A program made the position numbers and the translations under genes. The notes beneath the pieces are model-generated. The model did not search any database and was not told the DNA's origin. It saw nothing but the letters and a program-made list of their open reading frames with translations. 64,000 nt of DNA, taken from contig CAJNYD010000551.1 of NCBI GenBank assembly GCA_905331295.1, positions 1 through 64,000 on the forward strand, in the 5' to 3' direction. Position 1 is the first letter of the stretch, and the number at the start of each line of letters is the position of its first letter. Origin of the DNA: Rotaria socialis (lineage: Eukaryota). Positions 24,046 through 36,990 of this stretch are shown here, piece by piece.

Positions 24046-25853
24046 ATGTATAGAAAATATTTTGATCCATTGGATTATAATCTATCGGCTGATTTTCGTT
24101 TAACGAAATTATCCGATCTTAAAGGTCGAGGATGTAAAGTTCCTCGAGAAGTACTCCATCGGTTGCTCGAAGGACTTCAAACAGCCGATAAAAACGGCTA
24201 TGGCGATGGACAACATCACCAAGGAATCTTACCCGAATCCAAACCAACACCGGTGGTGGGTATGTATTGCAGATATTGAATATTAATGAAAACGTTTTTT
24301 GCGTAAATATTATAGGCATTGGTCTCGATTCATGTGTTATACCAATACGTCATGGAGGACTTTTTCTAGTACAATCTACTGCTTTTTTCTATCCACTAGT
24401 CGATGATCCATTTGTAATGGTGGGTACAAAAAATTCAATAGGAGAAGAAATGATTCTATTTGTCAAAATACTTTAGGGTAAAATTGCGTGTGCTAATGTA
24501 TTAAGCGATGTTTATGCAATGGGAGCTGTTGAAGTTGATAATATGTTAATGTTATTAAGTACAAGTAATAAAATGACTGACAAAGAACGTGATGCAATTA
24601 TGCCGTTGATTCTTCAAGGATTTAAAGTAGAAATAAATTCGTTTGAATATTGAAAAAAACTCCAAAGGGTGAATTTTATTTAATAGGAATGCGCTGAAGA
24701 AGCAGGCACAAGTGTACAAGGTGGCCAAACGGTTATTAATCCTTGGTTAATTGTTGGTGGCGTTGCCACTGCTGTATGCACACAGAATGAAATAATCATT
24801 CCAGAGAATGCAATTGTTGGCGATGTATTAGTATTAACTAAACCGTTAGGCACACAGGTTTGCTAATTTAGATTAAATTCGAATTTGAAACAAAACACGT
24901 TTCTTTTCTTTAATTCAAGGTTGCTGTAAATGCTCATCAATGGCTTGAAAATCCTGATCGATGGAATCGTATTAAATCAGTCATAAGCGAAGACGACGTT
25001 CGCAAAGCATATCAACGTGCAATGAACTCAATGGCTAGATTAAATAAAATTGGTATGTGCATGTCATCACTTGATTTTCTGAAAAACAAAAAGCAGATCT
25101 CAAAACTTTAACCAATCAGATGTCTATTCTGTAGTTTCTATGGAACATGACGTACACACCCACGATATCAATCTGATATAGAATTAATATGAGACATGAC
25201 TAGATTTAAAATACTTATTTTTTGTCTTTCCTTGTATACTGATTCATATCGATTGTGATCAACAGTAGGTGGTATTGCAACATGTTATCATGAACTCCTA
25301 CTGTGACTGTACCGATGGGTGTTTCTATTTGTAAATATGCTGACTAAACTGACTTAGCTCACAGCCTAAAAGGAACGAGCATCTTCTAGTGACACACTGT
25401 GAAATCACGCTATTTTCTGAAAATGAATAAATATATCTTTCTGTTTTTCTTTAAGGCGCATTACTCATGCATAAATATAATGCACATGCCTGTACAGATG
25501 TAACTGGTTTCGGTTTACTTGGTCATGCTCAAAATTTAGCTAAACATCAAAAACATGATGTTTCATTTGTCATCCATAATTTGCCGATAATCGCTAAAAT
25601 GGCAACCATAAGCAAAGCTTGTGGCAATGCATTTGGTTTATTGCAAGGTACAAGTGCTGAAACATCGGGGGGTTTACTTGTCGTATTACCACGTGAACAA
25701 GCAGCAGCCTATTGTAAAGATATTCAAGCACAAGAAGGTTATCAAGCATGGATTATTGGTGTGGTAGAAAAAGGTGGTCGAACAGCAAAGATAATCGATA
25801 AACCAAGAATTATTGAAGTACCAGCAAAAGATACCGAAGGCGAACTTTGGTAG
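24046..25853 (+). CDS. SEPHS1: Selenophosphate synthetase family protein, SPS1-like with Arg at the Sec/Cys position; 6 exons
   Basis: [70 protein letters not shown]. Confidence 0.95.
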
Positions 25854-26549
25854 ATTTAATACAAAGAAAATGTTTTGTACCATAATTTATTTTGTTGTTA
25901 TTACTAATCTGATTGTTCCTATCAAATCTGTAATGATTAGCATAAATTGATACATTTTTCTTTGTTTGTGTTTTGTTTAATATTGTCAAGAAAAACAAAA
26001 ATCTTTCAAAAAGATAAAAAATAGATTATGTTGTAAAATTGTATCAAAAATCTTCATAATAATTTACTCATCTACACAAATTTCCGTTTACGATTCGTAT
26101 TTATTACGTAATCTGATTTAAGAGCAATGCTGTGTGAGTGCTAATTATCAATACAGCAAAGCTATAAAAACAAATATTCATTAGCTATAGCATCTGCAAA
26201 TAAAAAAAATCTTAATATTATTCTTCTGATTCATTATCTTAGAAATGATTCTTTAATGGGTTCGGCCATTCGACTTAATTAAAAAAAAATTCAAACAATC
26301 TGAATGATTTCTAACCGTTGTATATGAAAATTCAGCGAATCTAATTGAGTGTGAACGTGTGTGTATTACAGAAGAGAATGAAATATTGATCTCATTGAAA
26401 TTTTCTTAGTTGAATGATGAATAAAAATAACATGATCGATATAGATTCTTCCCTCTTTAATTAAAATAATATTCCTTTTTTTATTTCATAATAAAATCTC
26501 ACATGAAAATGTACAAAACAAAAAACAATTTAGTTCTTTTTTTTTCATT

Positions 26550-28338
26550 CTAACTGAATTTTGTATCAAATACAACAATATGTTTAGGTACGTAACCTTG
26601 TTGTCCATCGCCGCGTTTGACTAATCGCCAATCGCCCATGGACTCTGTTGGATTAATTAGTGTTACAACTTCGGATTCAAGTACACTAATATCACCAACA
26701 AACTGTCTTTGATAATTTTCTACCACACGTAATCGATGATTTTTCGTTCGAACAATCACTGGTTCATTGTCTAAAACACTCAATGATAGATTTTTTCTTG
26801 GAGTCAAATTCAATGTTCCATAAGCATCTTGATCATATGCATGAAGTGAAACATTCGAAATTTGTCGTGATAAAACGGATTCATCTTTTATTTGTTGACG
26901 AGTAAATGTCGCCGTCTTAGTCAAACGTGATCCTGTTGATATTAGTGGTTCATTATTGACATTACATGGTCCAATAGATGAAATAAAACGGCCAGTTTGT
27001 GGTGTTGACATATTATATGATCGATTATTTATAACCGATAGACGTGAGTGACGCGGTTTCTCATAGATACTTACATTAAGTAAACTAATATTGTTTTGAG
27101 AAGGTGATTCAAATAAAACATTAGACGGATCCGATAGACGAATGCAATACATCGGTACGACGCCAGTTTCGCCCGTGTCCGGTATCTCAATAAAAACCCA
27201 ATTGGATATTGCATAAAGCGCTTTAACATGTGTGCCTAAATAGAAAATTTGTGTTGATTGTCAAAAAAAATTCTAGACAGCAGAATAATTTGATCTCGGA
27301 ACGAATATGACTTTCATCAAACTGAAAAACAATGTTAATTTTATTTTTGTGGAATAACCAAAGAACGTACATGTCAAATATCTATTTATGTTACACGCCC
27401 AGCTTCCTATTTGTTTTCAATTAGATAGTCAAGTATAGCTTGAACGAAAAGAATCAACAAAACACATCTATCTGTTATTATCGGCTTAATGGGTGTACCT
27501 GTGCACGTCAAGATTAACAACACACATATTGATTTAAAATCAATGCGTAAAAAACAAGCAACTCGTCAAATCGATCGAGACAAAACGTTACGGTGTAAGA
27601 AAAGGCAATTAAACGGCAGTTTAAATTGGATAGAGTCGATCGTCTCGCTATGTTTTCTTCTTTCAATCGAACAATCGATAGAATTGTTCAAGCAGAACAA
27701 AGTGGCTATATAATACCTTTCGTAACAGCAATTGTATTCTTATTAAATTGTGTCGATTTAGCATGTAACGGTTTATACGATTGCGAAATAATCATAGACA
27801 GATTGGCAGGTGATGTGGGTGTAGCGCGAGACAGATGTTCATAGCTACTCATATTGTCCAACGGTCGTTCATGATTCTCAACCGTTATACATTCCATATT
27901 TGGTTGCACTTGAGATGATGAATGACATGAATTTTTATTTAGTCGCTGCTTTGAACGCTATTTTAATGGACCAAGATAAAATAAATGATAAGACGAGAAA
28001 AAAAACATACCAGTATATTAAACTTCGTTGATTTCTTATTCGTTAATGATAACGCATCGGTTTTAGTTGTTGCGAATTCATAACATCCATCTTTGTTAAT
28101 CCGCTTACATGCACTTGTGAGTTCTAAAGTTAGAAAAAAAAGGAAGATCAAGCAAACAAGTTCGTTTAAGATATAATTCATCTTCAATATTTTTATTCTC
28201 ATATCTTGATAATATATATATATATAGTCTATTTATAATAGAGATTAACTATATGCCATTCGAAGTATTGTTCAAAAGGATGGATTAGAGATTAGAAAAA
28301 CATTTCTACTCACTTAAAATATTACACGAGTCCCACAT
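26550..28338 (-). CDS. Protein with two SH3-like domains; about 4 exons
   Basis: Spliced SH3-1 IISQSYKP...IAVTKGTHVKALY...WVFIE...GVVPMYCI; SH3-2 RVVENYQ...DISV...GDWRLVKRGDGQQGYVPKHIV; start codon uncertain. Confidence 0.75.
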
Positions 28339-28953
28339 GACTATGAATGAATAATAAGTGGAAGAAAGCTTTTATACTCAATAGGAAACATAATTATGCC
28401 TCCAGGTATAGTTGAAGAACATTCACTTTTCATTTTTATTTTCTATAGAAATTTGTTTACCTTTAATATGTTTACGAAATTGAAGGACGCGTAGGAGTTT
28501 TGTAAATGTTCTTGATTGATCCATGTTTTAAGCAACTATATTGGTGTCAAAAATAATCATTCTAATCAGTAGTGTCTGAAAACGAAGAGAAACGAAAAAT
28601 AAATGACCACATCTACTTGTATTGGTTTCGTGCGCTCCCCTCTCTTTCTCTCTTCTTTTCGTTTGAACCAATGACGAAAAGACGACGACAGAGAGAGCGA
28701 AAGAACAATAAAATGACCTTCAATAAAGTTCACTCTGTAATAATCGAAGAAGCAATATTTGTCTTAGCATGTTACTCAAATGTGCTAATGAGATGTAGGT
28801 TTTTCTTTGCCCTAATGATGAATATCTTTCGTTGTCATCACATGTGCAACAGCCAAGCATATGGTTTCCCCTCTTTCTCGATTGATTGATTGATCCCACT
28901 GGAAATATGATTTTTATCACAAAAAAAGGGACCTTTTTTTTTGTTGTTTTTTT

Positions 28954-29318
28954 TTATTCAAAAGATTTATTTTGCACAGGAGCATCAACAATTTCAGTTG
29001 AATCAAGTTTTTCTTCGTGCTCGAAAATTTTTTCGTTAGTGCTATAAGATCGACGACATTTTTTCCATATACGGTCTGAATTTTGATTTTTATCGATGAA
29101 TGAATTATAGGAACTTGATCTTGATTTTAAAATGGGTCGATTCGATTCAGATGTATGTAAAGGTAATTTTCTAGTTGTAGGCATAGGCTCCGATGGTGTT
29201 TCATCGATTGATAATTTGAATATTCGGGTACCAGTTACGGATATACTTGAGTGTCGTTTTCGGCCAAAGGTAATTAGTACACTTCGTATTGTACTAGTCG
29301 TTGGAGTACTTGGACACT
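28954..29318 (-). CDS. Orphan Ser/Thr/Arg-rich exon of unknown gene
   Basis: Open frame of ~120 codons preceded by a TTTTCAG acceptor; no recognisable domain. Confidence 0.4.
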
Positions 29319-30032
29319 GAAAACAAAACAAAAAAGGTCAATACTATTCTTAGAATAATGAAAAGTTTTGTACATCCTATTTCTTTCTGCTCATTCGTAT
29401 GATTTGTATACTTTATTTATGCAAATAGCAAAGAGAACAACAAAGACATTCATTTATCTCAAAATAGTCTTTTGCATAAATTATCTTTCAAAATAAATCA
29501 TAGAGAATCGTGACAAAAAAGATGTATTCTAATGGCAGATGTGAGGCATTAATCTAAGCAGTAATTATATATCAGAAATGTTTCTTCTCACGAATGTATG
29601 GCCGGTAAAAAGGCATGGGGAAGTCAATCGGTAAGAAATCCGATTGATTATCAAGCAGAAAAGAAGATCACAAGTGATAGATATAGTCCGTTACACATCT
29701 ATGATAGAGAAAGAAAACCGATGATGCATGACTAATAAAAATAATTTAAAAAAACTTAAACATATGGATACATAATTATGCAGATAATGCGGTAACTTTT
29801 ATGGTCTCCTATGAAGAAATAAGACTCGATTGTAAATCGAACTTACCCATAATTTAGTCGTATTCCCAGTACACATTCATATATACATGAAGATCAGTGT
29901 AGCTGACAGAAGGTATAGATTCATCATGATAAAAATTTTTGAAAATCAAGAAAAAATCATTTTCTTTATTAATGAATCGATACCGCCAGTCTCACTTTAC
30001 TTCAGTTCGTAAGTAGAAAAATCATTTTATAT

Positions 30033-32624
30033 TCATACCGTTTCGACTGTACTTTGAGAAAAACGATTAAGCTGAAATCGATTACTGTTTTTTGATCGTT
30101 TATATTTGGATGGTAAACAAGAAAACCATGACTGTGCTTCATCATTCGTTATTTGTGATTGTTTTCGAATAATTTGATGAAGATATCTCGGATTTATATC
30201 AATACTACAACCTGATACGCGCGTTTGCAAATGATTTCCAGATAAAGAATTATACGATTGATTCAACCATGAGTTATTATCAAATGAATTGAAATATGTC
30301 CGCTGATCAACTTTTCTTTTGAATGTTGTTTTTGGGTCGATAAAATATGCACAATATTTATTAAGGCATTTAAAATTTTCACGACATATTGAACGAAATC
30401 GGGAGGAAAAGAAGCAATATAATAGAAAATTGATCGACGCATTGATAGCAACACAACAGTTTGCAAAATTATTATAAATAAGAACTTTTGGTGTCTGAGC
30501 AAACACAGGAAAAAATGATTGAACTGTTAAAGATATTGCTTGCGGGATTTGACAAACAGTAAAAACAATGACAACAGCGACTAAAAAAAGAAGGAAAATT
30601 TCGAATTATTTTTCTCCCAAATTTTAAACCCGAATGTGAGTGTGTCTATTGTTCACTTTCGATAATCCAATCAAAATATCATAAATCTTATTTACAAGGT
30701 AGAAGGTTCGAAATAGGTCATCTTCTATTGAGATGCATGTAAGTATTATAAATATATCTTAGATTTTACTCATTGTTCTTATTAGTATTGATTGAAAGAT
30801 TAATCAAAGATAAGCGTAGTGTAAATCATCTATTTGTTGAACTTACTTAACATAATTGTTATTTTTCTTTGTTCAGTATGATTTGTTCGACTATGTCGAC
30901 GTAATTGATCTCCATCACAATTTTGCCGGTCATGTTGTTTTGAACGACGGACAGAAACAATCAAAATTGTATTAAATATTAAAAGCAGTAGCAGCGGAAT
31001 CCAAATAATAGCAAATCTATTGATAAAATCATTTTGTGAGAGAGTGTTGATTAGAATAAAAGAAAACTTAGTTTCTGAAATTATTTTTTTGCCTCTAGTA
31101 ATGTATTGAGGATCTGCGAAAAAGAAACTCTCTATTAGATATATACGAAAATAGTGACGACGTGGGACTTCTCCATACTCCACATGATTGATTTCAAGTG
31201 TATGAATTCAGCCCAGAACCTGACACAAAGGGGAAATTCGAGTTCCAATCATTTTCTAGATCGAATATTTTTCTCCCGAACATAATTTCGACTTTTAAAA
31301 ACATATCGATTGATTTTTATTAGAATCTTAATTAACTAGCTTGACTACGAGAGTCAGGCACTAAGGACAAATCTTGAGATACGCTGTATAAGAAACTATA
31401 ATGTCGTTTGAATCTCTGTAGTAGTTTGCGAACTCTACAACAAACATACGGTATATTCGATCTCAATTTGATTTTGTAGATCTGGATACGCATTAAATTC
31501 TCTGTCTCTCTCTCTCGTTGAAATTGAGATACATACGTAACAAAATTAAAATAGATTTGATGATACAGTAAACTACTTCCTAATACAGTTGGTTCCGCTT
31601 TAATATAACTTGTACAAATACTTGTATTTGACACGTTTTTTCTTTCGACTATTCGCACAAGTTTGACTTCAAATGCCGATGGTAAGGTACATATCAGTGA
31701 TGCTAATAGAACACCGCAGATTATTCTTCGTGCTAGATTTATTGTACACCATCTACGACTTTGTAATGGATATGTTATGGCAACCCAACGTTCAACTGTA
31801 AATGTAACAGTTAACCATACGCTTGCATTCGATGAAAAATCAGCAATCGGCCGGCATATGGTTAGAAATATTTCAGATAATGACGTATCTGTAAAACACG
31901 GATTTTGTAAAGTATTTATAATCAGTGTTAATATTAAATAAGCAGTATCAACAAGTGCTAATGCTACTAAATAATTATTTGTTGATGATTGTATCATACG
32001 ACGTTTTGTTAATACGGTAACTGCCAGAATATTACCGGTTATACCTATTGAACAGAAATAAAAAATTGCCAATTGGAATCTTAATCGTATTTCAACGTAC
32101 TCGAAGATTAAAACAGTATCAAAAAAACAATAAAAAAGCATTTTTTTATGATTTTTACGATTGTCTAATACAATATTTTATATATCCAACTTGAATTCAA
32201 CAGAAATCGTTTTTTTTGTCATTCTATAAGTAATCTAGATTGCAATAACAAAATTAGCGCGAAGCATTTCTTAGTGCCGCTGCGTATTTTTCAAGATTTA
32301 TGATCTTGAACAAATCATTTCTATCAGATTCAATGAGTCAAATATAGAGAAAAATTAAATTTTAACCTAAACTAGTGTCATTTCATTTTTTTTTATCACA
32401 GATCTTTCATTCAGTTCAACCAATTATAATCGAACAGGTCATAATCTTTAAGGAAAAATATATTGACAAGTCTACTCATGCGACCTATAGGCAAACTATT
32501 CATTACCGAAAAATGTTATAATCGGCCAAAGCCAATTTCTCATTAATGTTCGCACAAAATATAGATTCGGGTCGGTATTTTGCCGAGCTAAAATGGATGC
32601 ATTACAATGGACTAATCCGAACAT
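30033..32624 (-). CDS. Rhodopsin-class peptide GPCR (FMRFamide/sex-peptide-receptor-like); 4 exons
   Basis: GITGNILAV, STNNYLVALALVD, SVWLTVTFTVERWVAI.YPL, IPLLLLLIFN, FTVCQIP, NASINFLLYCFFSSRFR. Confidence 0.9.
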
Positions 32625-35027
32625 TGTTTAATATTGATTTATCATAGGAAACGAATCAAAAATAATGGTAAGACATCATTGTAATGTTTCATTGATTTCT
32701 GATGTTTTATTTTGTTTTATCACATAAACCGTCAAATTTGTAATATTCTTCCACTATCTAGAAAACAAATCGTAATAACATAACTGTCTGTTCTTCGACA
32801 AAAATAAGAAATAAAAGTTTCTTAGAAAAGAAACAGATGTGCATTATTATAGAAATATAGTTCTATATACGATATGAACTCCCCTTTCATTAATAAAACA
32901 TCAACTACAATACTCTATACCAGATAGGCGAAAGTTGTTTTTCAAGACTTTGCTTATGGTCTATTTTTAGTTTGTTTATAGCAACAAAGATTAATGATTA
33001 AATAATCTATCAGCAATTTTAAATTGAAAATAGCCCATATCATACTCCTATATGGATCCACTCGATACGATAGCTAAAATATTTAGCCAGTTGCTCCAGT
33101 TTTCTTTTATATCGTCTGCTTCGAAAGATTCGACGTAATTTTCGACTTGTTGATGAATATTTTAGACTTCTACCGTATTTCTAATCATTAAATAATATCG
33201 AGCAACATAATCGTATTTTCTTCAGATACTGCAAAACATAGGGTTCTATTGTTGATAAATTCACAAGTGTTCAAGATACTAATCGATTTCAATATATTTT
33301 ATTTACGAAAAAAAGAATCTCTTGAGAAAAGCACAACTAACAATCTATATTCGTTTTACATGAAAAAAAGTTTAATATATTTGCCAAAATGAATTAATTT
33401 ACCTGTTGAAAATTTAACTAAAAAAATAAATCGTTAACTAGACTCAACGACCAAATCTTGAGAGTACTTGGAATGTTCATAGAACAATTCATAATCGAAA
33501 ATAAGCGACAGTTTGTTTTCTGCTTACGATAGACAATTATGATTTATTGTGAAAATAGTGTTATCCATCATACTTATGTTTGCTTTTTCTTACTTTTCAA
33601 TGAGAACAATCAATATGATAAAGCATTTTTGTATTGTCACTATCGCCACATTTCCTTACTCTAAGTTATAACCATAGCATACGCATATTTATCTATATCC
33701 AGAGGCAATCTAGGATAGACATCTAGATTTATTGCAAAACAGACACAAAGTTTGACTTCAACAAAAACATAGGAGCAATGGTAATGTAAAAGATTCTTTT
33801 TTCAGAAAGATAGCTAATTGACATTCAAAAACACTCTATAGCTCACTTCCTCTAATTTGATTGCTTCTTCTTCTTCAGCATCTAGTGAATCGGTCTATAT
33901 AGTAGCATTAAATCATAATAGGCATACGAAGTCAAATGAATATTTCCTACGCACTTTTTCATTAAGCGTACATACAATAAATGTCTTATTGTCTTATGAT
34001 CAGTGTTCTTACGTGAACATTGAATAGAAACTGTTCTTTTCGTTTTTTTTTTATAAATCTCTAATAAGGAAATGGCACACATGTTGATGACATTAGCCAA
34101 GAAAATAAACCTATAAATAGTTTCGCTTCTCTGAGGGGTAGTCTTTATTTTTGTACCCTTGTGTGTGTCATTATTTTTGTATTCTTGCGTGTGCCATTAT
34201 TGCATTTTAACATGAATAACCTATTTATTTTCTCTCTCTCTCTCTAGCTTAGGGCATCGTATTCTCTGCTTCATCAAACAACTGCTAACAATGTGTTTAT
34301 ATTTAAATATGCATTTCTTACATGTTTTGCAGATTTCGGCATGCTTTAACCATTTGACGCGATTTGTAATTTATATGATAGCATGTAATATTAGCCTAAT
34401 ACATCGATTTCTACCGAATCACATTTTCAGACTACAAGAGTAATTGATTTTTTAGACAGTATACAAAAAAGCCAATTAGTGTAGATAAACAGATTTATCT
34501 TTTTAAAATAGCAATTATTATGTTTTCAACCGAATACATGTTACCTAGAGATGTATTTATGATTTTAAAAGAAAAATTGTCTAGAATCATATATATTTAT
34601 AAGGAAATACTATTATTCATTTAAATCTTTTATCTATTTTTAACAAACCTTGAAAAATCTGTAAATGGTTCATGTTCAAAGTTTTATATCCAATCTAATC
34701 ATTTACTTTCATAGATTTTAACTTTATGTATTCAAAAGCCGTCTAACATTTCTAATGAAATATTTTATGATGCATGCCGTACCATAGTTCTATAAATAGC
34801 TATGTGTTTTGCTTGAAATCTCACTAATAGCTATTGAGTCGCACGTGTTGCAATAGGCAACACATTGTGTAAAACATAAAATTGCAACAGGAGGTGTGCA
34901 TCGCGACATATTTCTTCAAGTGAACAAGTGACACGTTCTCAGTGTATGATTCATACTTATTCCCAGCTGTTGTTGCCAGTCAAACAAATAAATGCTAATA
35001 AAACAGTTTAATTCAACTCAGTGATCC

Positions 35028-35409
35028 GGTGACTGGACAATTCGTCGCAGACAATTCGTCGCATAGACGATTCGTCGCAAGGACAATTCGTCGCAATGTT
35101 AATTAATGAAAGAGAATATGAAATATCGCTCGACATAATTAAATCAAGTCGAATGCGTTGAACTTAATGAGTAAACCCACTATATTTTGAAAGATATTAT
35201 CAATCTCGTGGAAAAACTAATAGCTTGATGGGAAACTGAAAAAAAATCATTAAAAACATTTTCATTTATCCTCCAATAAAAATAAAATGCTATATTTTAT
35301 CACAATTATTCTTTTCTCTCTTTGCTCTCTCTCTAGATTAAATTATGTTTACTGTATATGCGACGAATTGTCCGCGACGAATTGTCTCGCGACGAATTGT
35401 CCTGGTGCC
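35028..35409. mobile_element. MITE with 9-bp TSD and subterminal tandem repeats (Mutator/MULE-like)
   Basis: CAGTGATCC at 35019-35027 and 35410-35418; GG...CC ends; GACAATTCGTCGC-type unit x4 on the left and its reverse complement x3 on the right. Confidence 0.9.
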
Positions 35410-35734
35410 CAGTGATCCCTATTTCTAATGCATACAAATCACATATGTCATGACAAGAAAATCAAAGGAAAAAACTTGGATTCACTACATTTTTGTATGC
35501 AACTGTGGACCTAAAAGATGAATGCTACATATATAGATTGCGCAATACCTATCGATTGCGGAGACTCAAATACTAATGGATAGTGTAAATGTTTCAGTTT
35601 TTCTTTGTAAGTAGAGGTTATATCTATATGAAATTTATATATATATAGAGCTAGTTGATTGAAATACACCCTTGCATAAGTTGGGATTACAGTTGTCATC
35701 GGATAAGAACTAGTGTAAATGATGCCAAAATGAA

Positions 35735-36103
35735 GCGGGAACAAACTGATTTCCAGGCATAGAAATCAACATACATTGAAGATGTGAATAACGACTCAGT
35801 TGTTAGAAATTACAAGAAACAAATGTAAATGAATGTAACTCACAGAAATTCTCGAACTATATGGTGAAAGAAAATATGGATTTCTATTGATTACTGATGA
35901 TCTTTACTGATTTCCTTTTTTTTCAGAATGTGCAATGATTCCAGTGACCACTGTTAATTTCTATTGAGTTCTCATAATTTTTCAACATTTCTGAACGTTT
36001 CCAATGATTTCTGCTGGTTTACAAGGATCATATAAAAACTGAATTCCAGTCATAGAAATCACTGGAAATCATAAGAAATCAAAGAAATCAGTTTGTTTCC
36101 CGT
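35735..36103. mobile_element. Degenerate MITE with short TIRs and GAAATC/GATTTC internal repeats
   Basis: GCGGGAACAAACTGATTTC vs GAAATCAGTTTGTTTCCCGT. Confidence 0.65.
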
Positions 36104-36990
36104 TGGTCAAAATGATAAACACTTAATCAATCATGAATAAGCAGCTTATATATCTTTGTATTGCAAATAAAAATGCACTCTTCAAATATTCGAATCAGCG
36201 TATTTCAATTGAGGAGAAAACGATGCTAATCAAATTCGCAGGGTTTATATTGATAAAAGTCTCTACTACATAACACTGTATTTCAAGACATTCATTCATT
36301 CATTGTGCGACATCCTAATGTAACGATATTTGTGTAGTGCATTGCATGCATATGTTTAACTTTCTCATTACTACTAATCTGATGTATTGTCCTTTTTCTT
36401 TTCGTCCTTACTTCATACTTTGCACTTTATATTGTATGATGCCCTTAAAATACCATGTAAGAATAGTATAAAAGCGTATGCTTTGCCTGTAATCGATGCG
36501 ATTGATGATAGGAAGAGTCGAATAAAGCTAAACAAACATCATCACGCTTCTCTCTTTCATCAAAAGTCGTTACACCTAAGCAGTGGCCTAGGCAAGGGGG
36601 GGGGGGGCGCCATTGGGCAATTGCCCCACNNNNNNNNNNNNNNNNNNNNNNNNNNNNNNNNNNNNNNNNNNNNNNNNNNNNNNNNNNNNNNNNNNNNNNN
36701 NNNNNNNNNNNNNNNNNNNNNNNNNNNNNNNNNNNNNNNNNNNNNNNNNNNNNNNNNNNNNNNNNNNNNNNNNNNNNNNNNNNNNNNNNNNNNNNNNNNN
36801 NNNNNNNNNNNNNNNNNNNNNNNNNNNNNNNNNNNNNNNNNNNNNNNNNNNNNNNNNNNNNNNNNNNNNNNNNNNNNNNNNNNNNNNNNNNNNNNNNNNN
36901 NNGTATTTGTACAACGAAGAACTGTTGATAAAGTCGATAATTGTAGTTGAAGTTCATTTATTGCTACTGTTGTGCTTGTTGTAAACGAAG

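Noticed and set aside
25895..25945. SECIS-like CTGAT...AA...TGAT in the SPS 3'UTR
   Set aside because: The 3' arm is too short for the ~11-13 bp helix II and the gene has no in-frame TGA; at most a vestige (SECISearch would decide)
35035..35400. CRISPR-like short repeats
   Set aside because: No unique spacers, the repeats invert at the other end and are bounded by a TSD; it is a MITE in a eukaryote
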